A stretch of DNA of 43,132 nucleotides, taken from positions 1 to 43,132 of IMG/VR virus record IMGVR_UViG_3300045988_067234; one strand, written 5' to 3'. The DNA comes from a virus. The position numbers and the translations under genes are program-made. Positions 25,290 through 33,912 of the stretch are shown here, in pieces. The notes under the pieces were generated by a model. It did not search any database. It had not been told where the DNA came from and was given only the letters and a program-made list of their open reading frames with translations. Numbering within the stretch: the stretch's first letter is position 1; each line of letters starts with the position of its first letter.

Positions 25290-27050
25290 ATGCCGACATT
25301 CCCATATTTGGACGCGCAGGCCACACAGCGCGACACGACAGATTCGTTTTACGGCTACAATCACCAGACGAAGATAGGCAAAGGCGAATTCTACGAGACA
25401 CGTAATCTGAGCACAGACCACACACCGATGCTTGCGCCGCGCAGGCCGCGCGGGATTACTGAAGTGAGCGGGGAGCTGCAAGGGATAATAGAGAAAGACG
25501 CGCTCGCGTACGTTGCGGGCGGAACGCTCTACTACAACGGCACTGCGACGCCCGTGACGGGACTTGCAAGCGGCTCAAAGCAGCTCGTAAGCATGGGGGC
25601 ATATATAATCATATTTCCGGACAAGGTCTACTACAACACCGCAGACGGCGCAGACTACGGCAGCATGGAGGCGACGTTCGGCACGACCGGAAGCGTAAGT
25701 TATGCGCTGTGCCGCGCCGACGGCGACGAGTATACCGCACCGACGGTATCGGCAACGGAGCCGGACAACCCGCAGAATCTTGACCTGTGGATAGACACAA
25801 GCTCCACGCCGCACGTGCTGCGGCAGTATGGCAGCGCGGCGGGAACGTGGGCGGAGATCGTGACGGTGTACACCAAGCTGACGTTCTCCACGCAGGGGCA
25901 GATACCGGCGCTGTTTGCGAAATACGACGGCGTGACCATCAGCGGCGCAAGCTTCGCCGACGCGAACGGGGACAAGATTATCTATGCCGTCGGCGGCGAG
26001 GCGGACAAGGTGGCGGACTATATCGTCGTCGTGGGGCTGCTGGAGCAGGCATACAGCGACGAGACGAGCGATATCACGATCAAGCGCAGTGTGCCGCAGA
26101 TGGACTATGTCTGCGAATGCCAGAACCGGCTATGGGGCTGCTATTACGGCAACGACGGCACGCAGAACCTCAACGAGCTTTACTGCTGCGCACTCGGCGA
26201 CTTCAAAAACTGGCGGCAGTATCTCGGCCTCAGCACGGACAGCTGGACGGCTTCCGTCGGCTCGGACGGAGTATGGACGGGATGCGTCAACTATCTGGGC
26301 AGCCCACTATTTTTCAAGGAAAACCGAATACACCGCATAACTGTGTCTTCAACGGGGGCGCACAGAGTAGCGGAGACGGTAGCGCGAGGCGTCCAGCGCG
26401 GGAGCGGCCGGAGCCTTGCGGTCGTCAACGAGACGCTGTACTACAAGTCCCGCGAGGACATATGCGCGTATCAGGGCGGCTTCCCCACGGGCGTAAGCGA
26501 GGCGCTTGGGCAGGAGCTGTACAGCGATGCGGCGGCCGGAGCCGTGGGCAGCAAGTACTACATTTCCATGAAGGACAAGGCCGGAGGCTGGCATCTGTTC
26601 TGCTTCGACATCTCGAAAACGTTGTGGATGCACGAAGACGAGCTGCACGGCGAAGCTTTCGCGCGCGTGGATGACGAACTGTACTGCATTGCCGGCGGGA
26701 AGCTTGTCGGTCTGCTGGGCTACGGCGGAACGCGTGAGGCGGACGTCAGCTGGGAAGCGGTCAGCGGGATTATGTACTATGAGTATCCCGGCAATAAATA
26801 CATATCGCGCTATGACATCCGGCTGAACATGGCGAAGGGCGCAAAGTTCGAGGTCTACATCGAATACGACAGCACAGGCGTGTGGCAGCGCGGCGGAAGC
26901 GCGACGGCGTACAGGGAGGGCACGACAAGCTATATGTTCCCGATACGCCCACGACGCTGCGACCATATGCGGCTCAAACTGTGCGGCACGGGAGAGAGCC
27001 GAGTGTTCTCAATCGCGCGAATCCTGGAGATAGGGAGCGACTACCGATGA
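25290..27050 (+). CDS. Hypothetical large structural protein (tail or nozzle candidate)
   Basis: 586-aa ORF in the structural operon. Repeated Y/G-rich beta-like segments. No motif recognised. Confidence 0.45.
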   Translation: MPTFPYLDAQATQRDTTDSFYGYNHQTKIGKGEFYETRNLSTDHTPMLAPRRPRGITEVSGELQGIIEKDALAYVAGGTLYYNGTATPVTGLASGSKQLVSMGAYIIIFPDKVYYNTADGADYGSMEATFGTTGSVSYALCRADGDEYTAPTVSATEPDNPQNLDLWIDTSSTPHVLRQYGSAAGTWAEIVTVYTKLTFSTQGQIPALFAKYDGVTISGASFADANGDKIIYAVGGEADKVADYIVVVGLLEQAYSDETSDITIKRSVPQMDYVCECQNRLWGCYYGNDGTQNLNELYCCALGDFKNWRQYLGLSTDSWTASVGSDGVWTGCVNYLGSPLFFKENRIHRITVSSTGAHRVAETVARGVQRGSGRSLAVVNETLYYKSREDICAYQGGFPTGVSEALGQELYSDAAAGAVGSKYYISMKDKAGGWHLFCFDISKTLWMHEDELHGEAFARVDDELYCIAGGKLVGLLGYGGTREADVSWEAVSGIMYYEYPGNKYISRYDIRLNMAKGAKFEVYIEYDSTGVWQRGGSATAYREGTTSYMFPIRPRRCDHMRLKLCGTGESRVFSIARILEIGSDYR

Positions 27051-27820
27051 GCATTTTTGATATGCCCCCGATCTTGCAGGGGACGCCTGAGCAGCAAATC
27101 TCGGCGCTGCGGAACTTCCTTGTGCGGCTCGCAGACACCTTGCAGGCCGAGTTTGGCGACGACAAGATCAACGAGGCGGTAAAGCAGGCAACCACCGCCG
27201 CCGCGGCAGGAACCGGGAGCGCGGCAAAAGCGGAGATCGACAAGAACGCGCAGAATCTGCGGCAGCTTATCACAAAGACGGCTGACAGCATTTACAGCTA
27301 CGTCGACGAGATAACACAGAATCTGTCCTCTGTATACGTTGCCAAAAGCGAGTTCGGCACGTATCAGGAGACGGTAAACACAACGATACAGCAGACGGCG
27401 AAGCAGACCGTCGAGAGCTATGATTTCCAGAGCCAGATCGACGCGGTGAATTCCCGCGCGGACAGCACGGACAGATTCGTGACGACCATACGCGGGGAGA
27501 TACGGCGCGGGCTTATCACCGACCCCGAAACCGGCGAAACGCAGATGGGTATTGCAATAAGCGAAAACCTCACGTTCACGGGCGAGACCGAGGAAGAAAA
27601 CGGCCTGACGTATTATAAGCTTGCGCCGGGGCAAACGCTTGGCCTGTACACCGCGACCGGCTGGCAGTTCTGGATAAACGGCTCCAAGCGAGGCTGGTTT
27701 GACAGCGAGGACGGGATGCTGCACGTTGCGAACATCGTCGTTGAGGACAAGCTCCAGATCGGCGACGGATGGCTTATGACTACGACCGGAGGCTTCGGTC
27801 TCCGCTACACAGGAGGATAA
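27047..27820 (+). CDS. Hypothetical structural protein
   Basis: ATGA overlap start at 27047 (MSIFDMPPILQG...). The longer 26882 start lies inside the upstream gene. Confidence 0.5.
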   Translation: MSIFDMPPILQGTPEQQISALRNFLVRLADTLQAEFGDDKINEAVKQATTAAAAGTGSAAKAEIDKNAQNLRQLITKTADSIYSYVDEITQNLSSVYVAKSEFGTYQETVNTTIQQTAKQTVESYDFQSQIDAVNSRADSTDRFVTTIRGEIRRGLITDPETGETQMGIAISENLTFTGETEEENGLTYYKLAPGQTLGLYTATGWQFWINGSKRGWFDSEDGMLHVANIVVEDKLQIGDGWLMTTTGGFGLRYTGG

Positions 27821-27821
27821 T

Positions 27822-28589
27822 ATGAGCAAAACAAATACCGGGCTCGTCGAGTACGCACTGGCACAGCTGGGGAAACCCTACTGGTGGGGCACTTTCGGGC
27901 AGACGGCGAACGCCGGACTACTCGCAGCCAAGCGGCAACAGTACCCCGGCTATTACACAGCAAGAGACTTTGCCTCGCAGTTTGGGCAGAAGGTACACGA
28001 TTGCGTCGGGCTTATAAAGGGCTTCCTGTGGTGCGACACACCGGACAGCGAGCCTATATACAAAGCATCGCAGGACGTTGCGGTAAGTGGACTGTATATG
28101 TCCTGCCACGAAAGCGGCAGCATAGACACCATGCCCGACATACCGGGCGTGTGCGTATTTATGCGGGACATGTCCCACGTCGGCGTTTACGTCGGCGGCG
28201 GCGACGTCGTAGAGGCAACCGGCCACGCGCGCGGCGTGGTCAAGACCAAGCTTGCGGGGCGCGGCTGGGGGCTGTGGGGTAAGCCCCGCTGGATAAGCTA
28301 CGAGGCTGCTGCCACTCCTGCACAGCCCGCACAGACCACCACACAGGCGACCACCTCGGCGCTGACCGTCACCGGCTTGCCGCTGCTGCACTACGGCGAC
28401 AAGGGCGAGTGCGTCCGCTCGGCGCAGCTGCTCCTCATCGGGCGCGGCTACTCCTGCGGCAGGTGCGGCGCTGACGGCGAGATAGGGCAGGGCACTTTCA
28501 ATGCGGCGGTGGCGTACCAGAAAGCTTGCGGCTTGCAGCAGGACGGCATCATAGGCGCGCAGACTTGGGCGCGGCTGATAGGAGGTTAA
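27822..28589 (+). CDS. Endolysin: NlpC/P60 (C40) peptidase plus C-terminal PG_binding_1 domain
   Basis: Cys context HDCVGLIKGFLW and His context MSHVGVYVGGGDVVEA. C-terminus LHYGDKGECVRSAQLLL...DGEIGQGTFNAAVAYQKACGLQQDGIIGAQTWARL. Confidence 0.85.
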   Translation: MSKTNTGLVEYALAQLGKPYWWGTFGQTANAGLLAAKRQQYPGYYTARDFASQFGQKVHDCVGLIKGFLWCDTPDSEPIYKASQDVAVSGLYMSCHESGSIDTMPDIPGVCVFMRDMSHVGVYVGGGDVVEATGHARGVVKTKLAGRGWGLWGKPRWISYEAAATPAQPAQTTTQATTSALTVTGLPLLHYGDKGECVRSAQLLLIGRGYSCGRCGADGEIGQGTFNAAVAYQKACGLQQDGIIGAQTWARLIGG

Positions 28590-28592
28590 GGC

Positions 28593-28895
28593 ATGGCATT
28601 CACTTTGGAGGACTTGGCTGTAAAATACGCAGAAATGGAAGCGCGGGGCAAGTCCAACACGCACAGGCTCGACGCGCTGGAGAAGAACCAAAAGGCGCTC
28701 AACGAGCTGACCACGTCCGTCAAGGTGCTCGCCACCGAACAGAGCACCATGAAGACGGACATAGGTGAGATCAAAACCGGCCTCAAAACGCTTACGGACA
28801 AGCCCGGCAAGCGCTGGGAGGCCATCGTAGATAAGGCAATATGGCTGGTAGCCGGTGCGCTTATTGCGTTTGTACTGGCACAGCTTGGATTGTGA
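28593..28895 (+). CDS. XhlA-like lysis-associated membrane protein
   Basis: N-terminal coiled coil and a single C-terminal TM helix (AIWLVAGALIAFVLAQLGL), between the endolysin and the holin. Confidence 0.55.
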   Translation: MAFTLEDLAVKYAEMEARGKSNTHRLDALEKNQKALNELTTSVKVLATEQSTMKTDIGEIKTGLKTLTDKPGKRWEAIVDKAIWLVAGALIAFVLAQLGL

Positions 28896-28909
28896 AAGGG
28901 GGTGAAAAT

Positions 28910-29167
28910 ATGGACTTTGGTATCGCATCCGTAGCAGCCATAACCGTGATCTGCTATCTGGTGGGTCAGGCCGTCAAGGCATCCGGCCTTGACAACAAGT
29001 GGATTCCCATCATCTGCGGCATCGTCGGCGGCATCCTCGGCGTGCTTGCCATGCGCTTCATGGCAGACTTCCCGGCGCAGGACTACATAACCGCAGTTGC
29101 AGTCGGCATTGTATCCGGCTTCGCGGCGACCGGCGTCAACGAGGCAGTCAAGCAGCTCAAGCAGTAA
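28910..29167 (+). CDS. Holin
   Basis: ATG at 28910 follows AAAGGGGGTG. 85 aa with 2-3 TM helices and a charged C-terminus (NEAVKQLKQ). Confidence 0.65.
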   Translation: MDFGIASVAAITVICYLVGQAVKASGLDNKWIPIICGIVGGILGVLAMRFMADFPAQDYITAVAVGIVSGFAATGVNEAVKQLKQ

Positions 29168-29235
29168 TTAAAATCAAAGCGCCGTCCATATGGGCGGCGC
29201 AAAACAAATCCTTGTAAACCGACGACGGAGAACAC

Positions 29236-29418
29236 ATGAAAGAATCCGTTAAACAATTCTGCTCGCTCAATGGCCTCGGCGAGGTAACCGCCGAGATGCT
29301 TTATGACGCATACATAGGGAGTGAGGCCAATGACGACAGCAGAGATAAAAAGCAGCCTGACGACGCCGGGGGCGAAGTGCAAGCTGCAATTCCCGCGGGA
29401 ACTGCGGGAACAGTTTGA
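29236..29418 (+). CDS. Doubtful small ORF overlapping the next gene out of frame
   Basis: GGAG RBS present, but the 3' ~90 nt overlap the 29330 ORF and encode low-complexity sequence. Confidence 0.25.
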   Translation: MKESVKQFCSLNGLGEVTAEMLYDAYIGSEANDDSRDKKQPDDAGGEVQAAIPAGTAGTV

Positions 29419-29593
29419 ACGCGATTGCGGTTTTACCGACGAGGAGCTAGAGATATTCCGGATGCGAGCGCAGGGCATGAGCATCATACAAATCTCGTTT
29501 GCGCTTGGCCGCACGGAGTATTACAGCACCGAGAAGGTGGAGCGCCGCATACGCAGCATAAAGGACAAGATAGCAGCCGCGATTGAGGGATAA
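29330..29593 (+). CDS. Sigma-70 region-4-like / RinA-ArpU-like late transcription regulator candidate
   Basis: GGGAG RBS 8 nt upstream. DEELEIFRMRAQGMSIIQISFALGRTEYYSTEKVERRIRSIKDKI resembles a sigma region 4 HTH. Confidence 0.5.
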   Translation: MTTAEIKSSLTTPGAKCKLQFPRELREQFERDCGFTDEELEIFRMRAQGMSIIQISFALGRTEYYSTEKVERRIRSIKDKIAAAIEG

Positions 29594-29608
29594 TTGCGGG
29601 ATAATTGC

Positions 29609-29639
29609 GGGCAAACCGACGGGTTTGCCCTCTTTTTTT
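29609..29639 (+). terminator. Rho-independent terminator
   Basis: Stem GGGCAAACC/GGTTTGCCC followed by TCTTTTTTT. Preceded by the tandem duplicate ATAATTGCGGG x2 (29590-29611). Confidence 0.85.
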
Positions 29640-29677
29640 ATGCGATGATATAGGCAGAAGAAAGAAGGAGGCACGGT

Positions 29678-29992
29678 ATGTATAACTCAAACTACCCGTT
29701 TAACAATCAGGGCACGGCAGGCTACAACCGCGCCACGCTGCTGTTTGTGCCGACGTTCGCGGATATAGAACGAGTGCCGGTAATGCCCGGAGAGAAGCTC
29801 TGGGTGATGGCAATGGACGAAGCAATTATGGCTTGCCGCACGGGCGGCAACATGGGCGTTGAGACGACGTATTGCCGCATGGAGGAGTACATCCCGCCGT
29901 CTCCACCGAAGCCCGAAGACTACGTAACAAAAGCCGACCTCGAAGCAATGTTCGAGCGGTTTATGAAGCAGGGAGGGACGCAGAATGAGTAA
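29678..29992 (+). CDS. Hypothetical protein (accessory cassette gene 1)
   Basis: GAAGGAGG RBS; 104 aa; no motif recognised. Confidence 0.5.
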   Translation: MYNSNYPFNNQGTAGYNRATLLFVPTFADIERVPVMPGEKLWVMAMDEAIMACRTGGNMGVETTYCRMEEYIPPSPPKPEDYVTKADLEAMFERFMKQGGTQNE

Positions 29993-30191
29993 CCCATTCT
30001 TCAAGCAGGGGGCGGCGGCACCCAGAAACCCGATGCAGATGGTGAGCGAGTTCCGCAAATTCGCGGCGAATATGACGCCGGAAAGAGCGGAGCAGGAAAT
30101 AAACCAGCTGCTCGCTTCGGGAAAGATGAGTAAACAGCAGTTTGAGGATCTGAAGCAGCAGGCAAAGAGCTTCATGCAGTTTCTGCAATAA
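29985..30191 (+). CDS. Hypothetical small helical protein (cassette gene 2)
   Basis: Overlapping start; 68 aa. Confidence 0.5.
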   Translation: MSNPFFKQGAAAPRNPMQMVSEFRKFAANMTPERAEQEINQLLASGKMSKQQFEDLKQQAKSFMQFLQ

Positions 30192-30238
30192 GCCGGGTCG
30201 ACACGGTTTATATAAAAAACTAAGAAAGGAGTACACCA

Positions 30239-30808
30239 GTGGAAAATTTTAGCCTTTCCGACATCGCGGCCGCGACTCGCGGCGCAGACAACGAGAACGG
30301 CTGGGGTTCCGGTTGGTTCCTCATTGTCGTGCTCTTCCTCTTCATGTTCGGCTTTGGCGGCAACGGTTGGAACCGCCAGGGCGAGTTCGGCCAGTACGCG
30401 ACCGCGGCATCTCAGCAGGAGATACTGCTCGGCCAGCAGTTCGGCCAACTCAACGACAGGATCACCAACATCGGCAACGGCATCTGCAACCTCGGCTACG
30501 AGATGCAGGGCAGCATCGGCCAGCTCGGCAAAGAGATGGCACTCGCCCAGAACGCGACCAACATGGCCATCATGCAGACCGGCAACTCCATCGAGCGCCA
30601 GCTCTGCGGCATGAACGCGAACATCGACGCGAAGTTCGCGGCGATGGAAAAGTCGCAGCTTGAGCAGCGTATATCCGAACAGGCCGCGCGCATTGCCAGC
30701 CTTGAAATGGATAACCGCATGTATGGCGTAGTCCGCTACCCCAACGGCTACACTTACAGCGCCGGTGCGTCCCCGTTCTGCGGCTGCAACAACGGCTGCT
30801 GCGCATAA
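30239..30808 (+). CDS. Membrane protein with YjcZ-like Gly/hydrophobic segment, coiled coil and Cys-rich C-terminus (cassette gene 3)
   Basis: GTG start after AAAGGAG. GWGSGWFLIVVLFLFMFGFGGNGW segment. C-terminus FCGCNNGCCA. Confidence 0.5.
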   Translation: MENFSLSDIAAATRGADNENGWGSGWFLIVVLFLFMFGFGGNGWNRQGEFGQYATAASQQEILLGQQFGQLNDRITNIGNGICNLGYEMQGSIGQLGKEMALAQNATNMAIMQTGNSIERQLCGMNANIDAKFAAMEKSQLEQRISEQAARIASLEMDNRMYGVVRYPNGYTYSAGASPFCGCNNGCCA

Positions 30809-30840
30809 CCCCTAATCGTTAACCGCTTTAACAGCGTTAA

Positions 30841-30878
30841 GCCCCGGACGGCAAACGCTGTCCGGGGCACCTACTTTT
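30841..30878 (+). terminator. Hairpin / weak terminator inside the cassette
   Basis: 9-bp stem GCCCCGGAC/GTCCGGGGC, with a T4 run 7 nt downstream. Confidence 0.4.
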
Positions 30879-30893
30879 GAAAGGAGATAAAAT

Positions 30894-31334
30894 ATGTCCT
30901 GTAACTCCAGATTTAAGAATGCCCACTACAAGAGCGCGCAGAACGCGTACAACAACACGCCACAGACCTTCGTAGCGGCGGGTACGCCGGTTAATGTGCT
31001 GGGCATCCTCAGCACCGACACCGGCTGTTCGCTCGATACCGTGACCGGTGGCTTCGTGGTCAATAACAGTGGCCTTTACCGGATCAGCTATGACGTAGTA
31101 TTCACCGCGGGCGGCGCAGGCATCGCAGAACTGAAAGCGCTCAAAGATACCGTCTCGCTCCCGTGCGCCGACGCGCAAGTGACGACCGTGTCCGGCAACA
31201 CCTACACACTGCACGTCGAGACTACCGTATACATCGCCGTATGCTGCAACGGTACGCCGACGATAAGCGCGGCTCTGGGCGGCGTCGCGGGTACTATCAA
31301 CCACGTCTGCGCAAGCATGGTCAAGCTCGCGTGA
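30894..31334 (+). CDS. BclA-C-terminal / C1q-TNF-like jelly-roll domain protein candidate (cassette gene 4)
   Basis: AAAGGAG RBS. The GLYRISYDVVF...TYTLHVETTVYIA...ASMVKLA pattern resembles BclA-C/C1q-like domains (from memory, not searched). Confidence 0.4.
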   Translation: MSCNSRFKNAHYKSAQNAYNNTPQTFVAAGTPVNVLGILSTDTGCSLDTVTGGFVVNNSGLYRISYDVVFTAGGAGIAELKALKDTVSLPCADAQVTTVSGNTYTLHVETTVYIAVCCNGTPTISAALGGVAGTINHVCASMVKLA

Positions 31335-31344
31335 GGTGAGCGCC

Positions 31345-31653
31345 ATGAAAGAGATCAAATGTTTGTACACCAACATCCGCGACGAGATGGAGGACGCCGA
31401 GAAGTACGCCGACCTTGCCCTAAAGTATAAGGACGAAGACCGCGAACTTGCCGACACCTTCGCAAGCCTCTCCAAGCAGGAAGTGACCCATGCTGAGGCA
31501 CTACACGCCGAAGCGGTACGCCTGATAAAGGATTACCGCAGCAGAAACGGGGAGCCGCCGGAGGGCATGAAAGCCGTGTACGACTGGGAACATGAGCGCA
31601 TGATCGGCGATATGGCGGACGTTAAGCGGCTGCATGAGCTGTACCGAGGGTAA
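31345..31653 (+). CDS. Ferritin/rubrerythrin-like helical protein candidate (cassette gene 5)
   Basis: ATG at 31345 follows GAGGTGA. EMEDAEKY and SKQEVTHAEALH (ExxH) helices. Confidence 0.4.
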   Translation: MKEIKCLYTNIRDEMEDAEKYADLALKYKDEDRELADTFASLSKQEVTHAEALHAEAVRLIKDYRSRNGEPPEGMKAVYDWEHERMIGDMADVKRLHELYRG

Positions 31654-31679
31654 AGACGAAAAGCGGCGAGCTGCAAGTG

Positions 31680-31702
31680 TGTAGGCTACGATGTAGGCTA
31701 CG
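31680..31702 (+). repeat. attP arm-type repeats (2 exact copies of TGTAGGCTACG)
   Basis: Copies at 31680-31690 and 31692-31702, plus a degenerate TGTAGAA at 31714. Confidence 0.6.
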
Positions 31703-31787
31703 CATCAGAACTTTGTAGAACCCAACGGAGCCTATCAGCGTATATGCCCGGCTGAGACAAGCGAATAATTTAAACTTAGGCAAAGAA

Positions 31788-31830
31788 AAAGTACCAAGAA
31801 TCAGCCGTTTTGATTGATTCTTGGTACTTT
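31788..31830 (-). terminator. Rho-independent terminator immediately 3' of the tRNA fragment (minus strand)
   Basis: 16-bp stem AAAGTACCAAGAATCA/TGATTCTTGGTACTTT; on the minus strand it is followed by TTTTTCTTTG. Confidence 0.75.
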
Positions 31831-31895
31831 TGGCGCAGAAGGAGGGATTTGAACCCTCGCGCGCTTTTTACACGCCTACTCCCTTAGCAGGGGAA
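31831..31895 (-). other. attP core: 3' part (anticodon arm to CCA) of a tRNA-Ser(GCU); not a full tRNA
   Basis: The minus strand reads UUCCC-CUGCUAA-GGGAG, a long variable arm GCGUG..CGCGC, T-arm GAGGG-UUCAAAU-CCCUC, then CUUCUGC-G-CCA. No D-arm or 5' acceptor strand lies beyond 31895. Confidence 0.7.
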
Positions 31896-31931
31896 AGAAA
31901 AACCTTGATTTATCAATACTTTGCGGGTTTT

Positions 31932-31954
31932 TGTAGGCTATGTTGTAAGCTACG
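31932..31954 (+). repeat. attP arm-type repeats (TGTAGGCTATG, TGTAAGCTACG)
   Basis: Variants of the 11-mer at 31932-31942 and 31944-31954, in the same orientation. Confidence 0.55.
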
Positions 31955-32010
31955 CGATAGCGTCCAACGGAACTTTATGGGTCTTAAAATGGCCTGAATT
32001 CCCCGAAATT

Positions 32011-32021
32011 TGTAGGCTACG
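32011..32021 (+). repeat. attP arm-type repeat (exact TGTAGGCTACG)
   Basis: Third exact copy, framed by the inverted repeat AATTCCCCG/CGGGGAATT (31998-32029). Confidence 0.55.
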
Positions 32022-32047
32022 CGGGGAATTTTCGCGCTGAAATAATA

Positions 32048-33166
32048 TCATTCTTTGCCGCCTTTGTCAAGAACATTGACGGCGTCGTGGGCGCTCTGCA
32101 TATCGGGGTGGATATAGCGCTGGGTGGTTGCGAACTTGGTATGCCGCATGATCTCCTGTATCACGCTGGGCGCAGTCTTGGCGAGCGCCAGCGCCGTCGC
32201 CGTGGTGTGGCGGCACGAGTACGGCGGTAGATCGCGCACCTTAGCCCGCGCAAGGGCGGCATGATACTCGGTATAAAAATTGTCCACGTTCATGCCGACG
32301 ATGCGTCCCTTCTTGCTGCTGACGTTGGCGAGGATATCTTGCACGAGCGGTTCGAGCCAGTCAGGATAGACCAGCGGCGTGGCCTTACGCTTCTTGGTTT
32401 TCAGGCCACAGCCGACGATCTCGTGCGTATCGGTGTGTATCATGTCGGCTGTGCAGCGCAGCAGCTCACCGGGCATCATGCCGCTGTATATCATCAGCAG
32501 CGGGAAGCGCATGAACAAGTCACCGTTGTCGTAGGCCGTCCACATTGCATTTATCTCATCCCCTATAAACGGCTTTTGCTCCGTTTCGGTAAGCGGCGGC
32601 AGTTCGACAAACTCCGCGAGGTTTGTTCGCGTCTGCCCTTCGGCGACGGCGCGCTTGTATAGCTTGCGAAGCATGGTTTTCATGTCCTTCGCGGGATAGT
32701 ACGTATCAGTTTGCGAATCCACGCAGCTTTGCAGATTATCTATTGTAAGCTCCGCTACGGGTACATTTTTGATGGAGTCTAGCCGACGCCACGCGATATC
32801 ATGCGCACACTGCTTGGAGCTGCCGAGCTTATCGTATGCGCCGCTCTTTTCCCACCATTTATGGTAGTCGTTTAAAGTCGGCCGGTACGCCTGTTTTGGC
32901 TCGGTATCCGCAGGACTGGCCGCAAAGGCGAGCGCGGCGGTTTTGGTCGGGAATCCGCCCTTCGTTCCGCGCCGCTGGTGCAGGCTGCCGGACGCATCAA
33001 CAAACGTGTCGATAGTCCATTGCGCTGTCCATGTCTTGCCGCGCCGGTACGCCGTGCCCTGCCCGTTCCCACGCCCCCTACGCGGCTGCGCGTTTTGCCG
33101 CGCCCCGCAGAACATGCAAAATGCGCTTATATCCGGTATTTCTTTCTTGCACTTGCGGCATATCAT
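32048..33166 (-). CDS. int: Tyrosine integrase with N-terminal zinc-ribbon
   Basis: C-terminus YSCRHTTATALAL...IMRHTKFATTQRYIH (H-x-x-R ... Y). N-terminus MICRKCKKEI..CMFCG. The ATG at 33166 forms an ATGA overlap with the upstream gene. The longer 33352 start lacks support. Confidence 0.85.
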   Translation of the reverse strand: MICRKCKKEIPDISAFCMFCGARQNAQPRRGRGNGQGTAYRRGKTWTAQWTIDTFVDASGSLHQRRGTKGGFPTKTAALAFAASPADTEPKQAYRPTLNDYHKWWEKSGAYDKLGSSKQCAHDIAWRRLDSIKNVPVAELTIDNLQSCVDSQTDTYYPAKDMKTMLRKLYKRAVAEGQTRTNLAEFVELPPLTETEQKPFIGDEINAMWTAYDNGDLFMRFPLLMIYSGMMPGELLRCTADMIHTDTHEIVGCGLKTKKRKATPLVYPDWLEPLVQDILANVSSKKGRIVGMNVDNFYTEYHAALARAKVRDLPPYSCRHTTATALALAKTAPSVIQEIMRHTKFATTQRYIHPDMQSAHDAVNVLDKGGKE

Positions 33167-33711
33167 TTTCTTAACATCCTCAGGGCGTACACCATGACAC
33201 ACACAGCAGCAACGACTATCAAACCAAAAATAACAACAAGGACGCTGGATCCGGCGGACTGAAAAAGCCCAGCCGTTGCAAACTGGGCATCCCACACCAT
33301 GTACGAGATTAAACACACGAGCAGCAGGGCGCAGACAGCTAAAAGCGCGCATATGACAGGCCTGCGGCTTGCAAGCTGCGCTTTGAGCATGGCGTTGACC
33401 TCTTCGAGCCGCTTGACGTCTCCGGCCTGACGGACATTATCCATTTCAAGCTCATGCACGGCGGCGAGGTCTGACGCCGGGCAAAGCCCGCACAGTTCAT
33501 CCAGAGACAAGCCGAGGGTATCACATATCGCTGCCTGCTCAAATAGCTTTGGATTTTGCGCCGTATCGGCGCTCTGGGTGGCTATAGCAGAGTATGATAC
33601 GCCGGACTGCTCCGACAATTCGGCGAGGGAAAGGCGCAAGTCATTACGCGCGTCGGTTACTTTACGATTATAGCTGTCAAAGAACGGGATAAGACGCTGA
33701 TACGGGGTCAT
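33163..33711 (-). CDS. Membrane-anchored XRE-family HTH protein
   Basis: GGGAG RBS. HTH LSLAELSEQSGVSYSAIATQ, a coiled coil, then two C-terminal TM helices. Translationally coupled to int. Confidence 0.6.
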   Translation of the reverse strand: MTPYQRLIPFFDSYNRKVTDARNDLRLSLAELSEQSGVSYSAIATQSADTAQNPKLFEQAAICDTLGLSLDELCGLCPASDLAAVHELEMDNVRQAGDVKRLEEVNAMLKAQLASRRPVICALLAVCALLLVCLISYMVWDAQFATAGLFQSAGSSVLVVIFGLIVVAAVCVMVYALRMLRK

Positions 33712-33912
33712 TTCACACACTCCCAAAAGTTTTATTTGTTTCTGGCAACGGGGAAAAGGTCTTTTGCCGCAGACCGAGACGACATCTCGAAACCGGGCGT
33801 GGACTATGCCGGGCGCAGATGATAGGCTATAAGCGTAGCAGATAAGTCGGTTTACAAGGTATCTGTTACATGCCCCGGCGGAGGCTGGCACCAATGCCGG
33901 GGCAAATCTTAA

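Noticed and set aside
31831-31895. A complete tRNA gene.
   Set aside because: Only the anticodon arm, variable arm, T-arm and 3' acceptor-CCA are present. The sequence beyond 31895 has no D-arm and no 5' acceptor strand complementary to CTTCTGC. It is interpreted as the attP core.
33167-33352. N-terminal extension of the integrase ORF (434-aa version starting at 33352).
   Set aside because: The extension overlaps the upstream HTH-TM gene, is Cys/Arg-rich nonsense-like and has no RBS. The ATG at 33166 gives an ATGA coupling and a plausible zinc-ribbon N-terminus.
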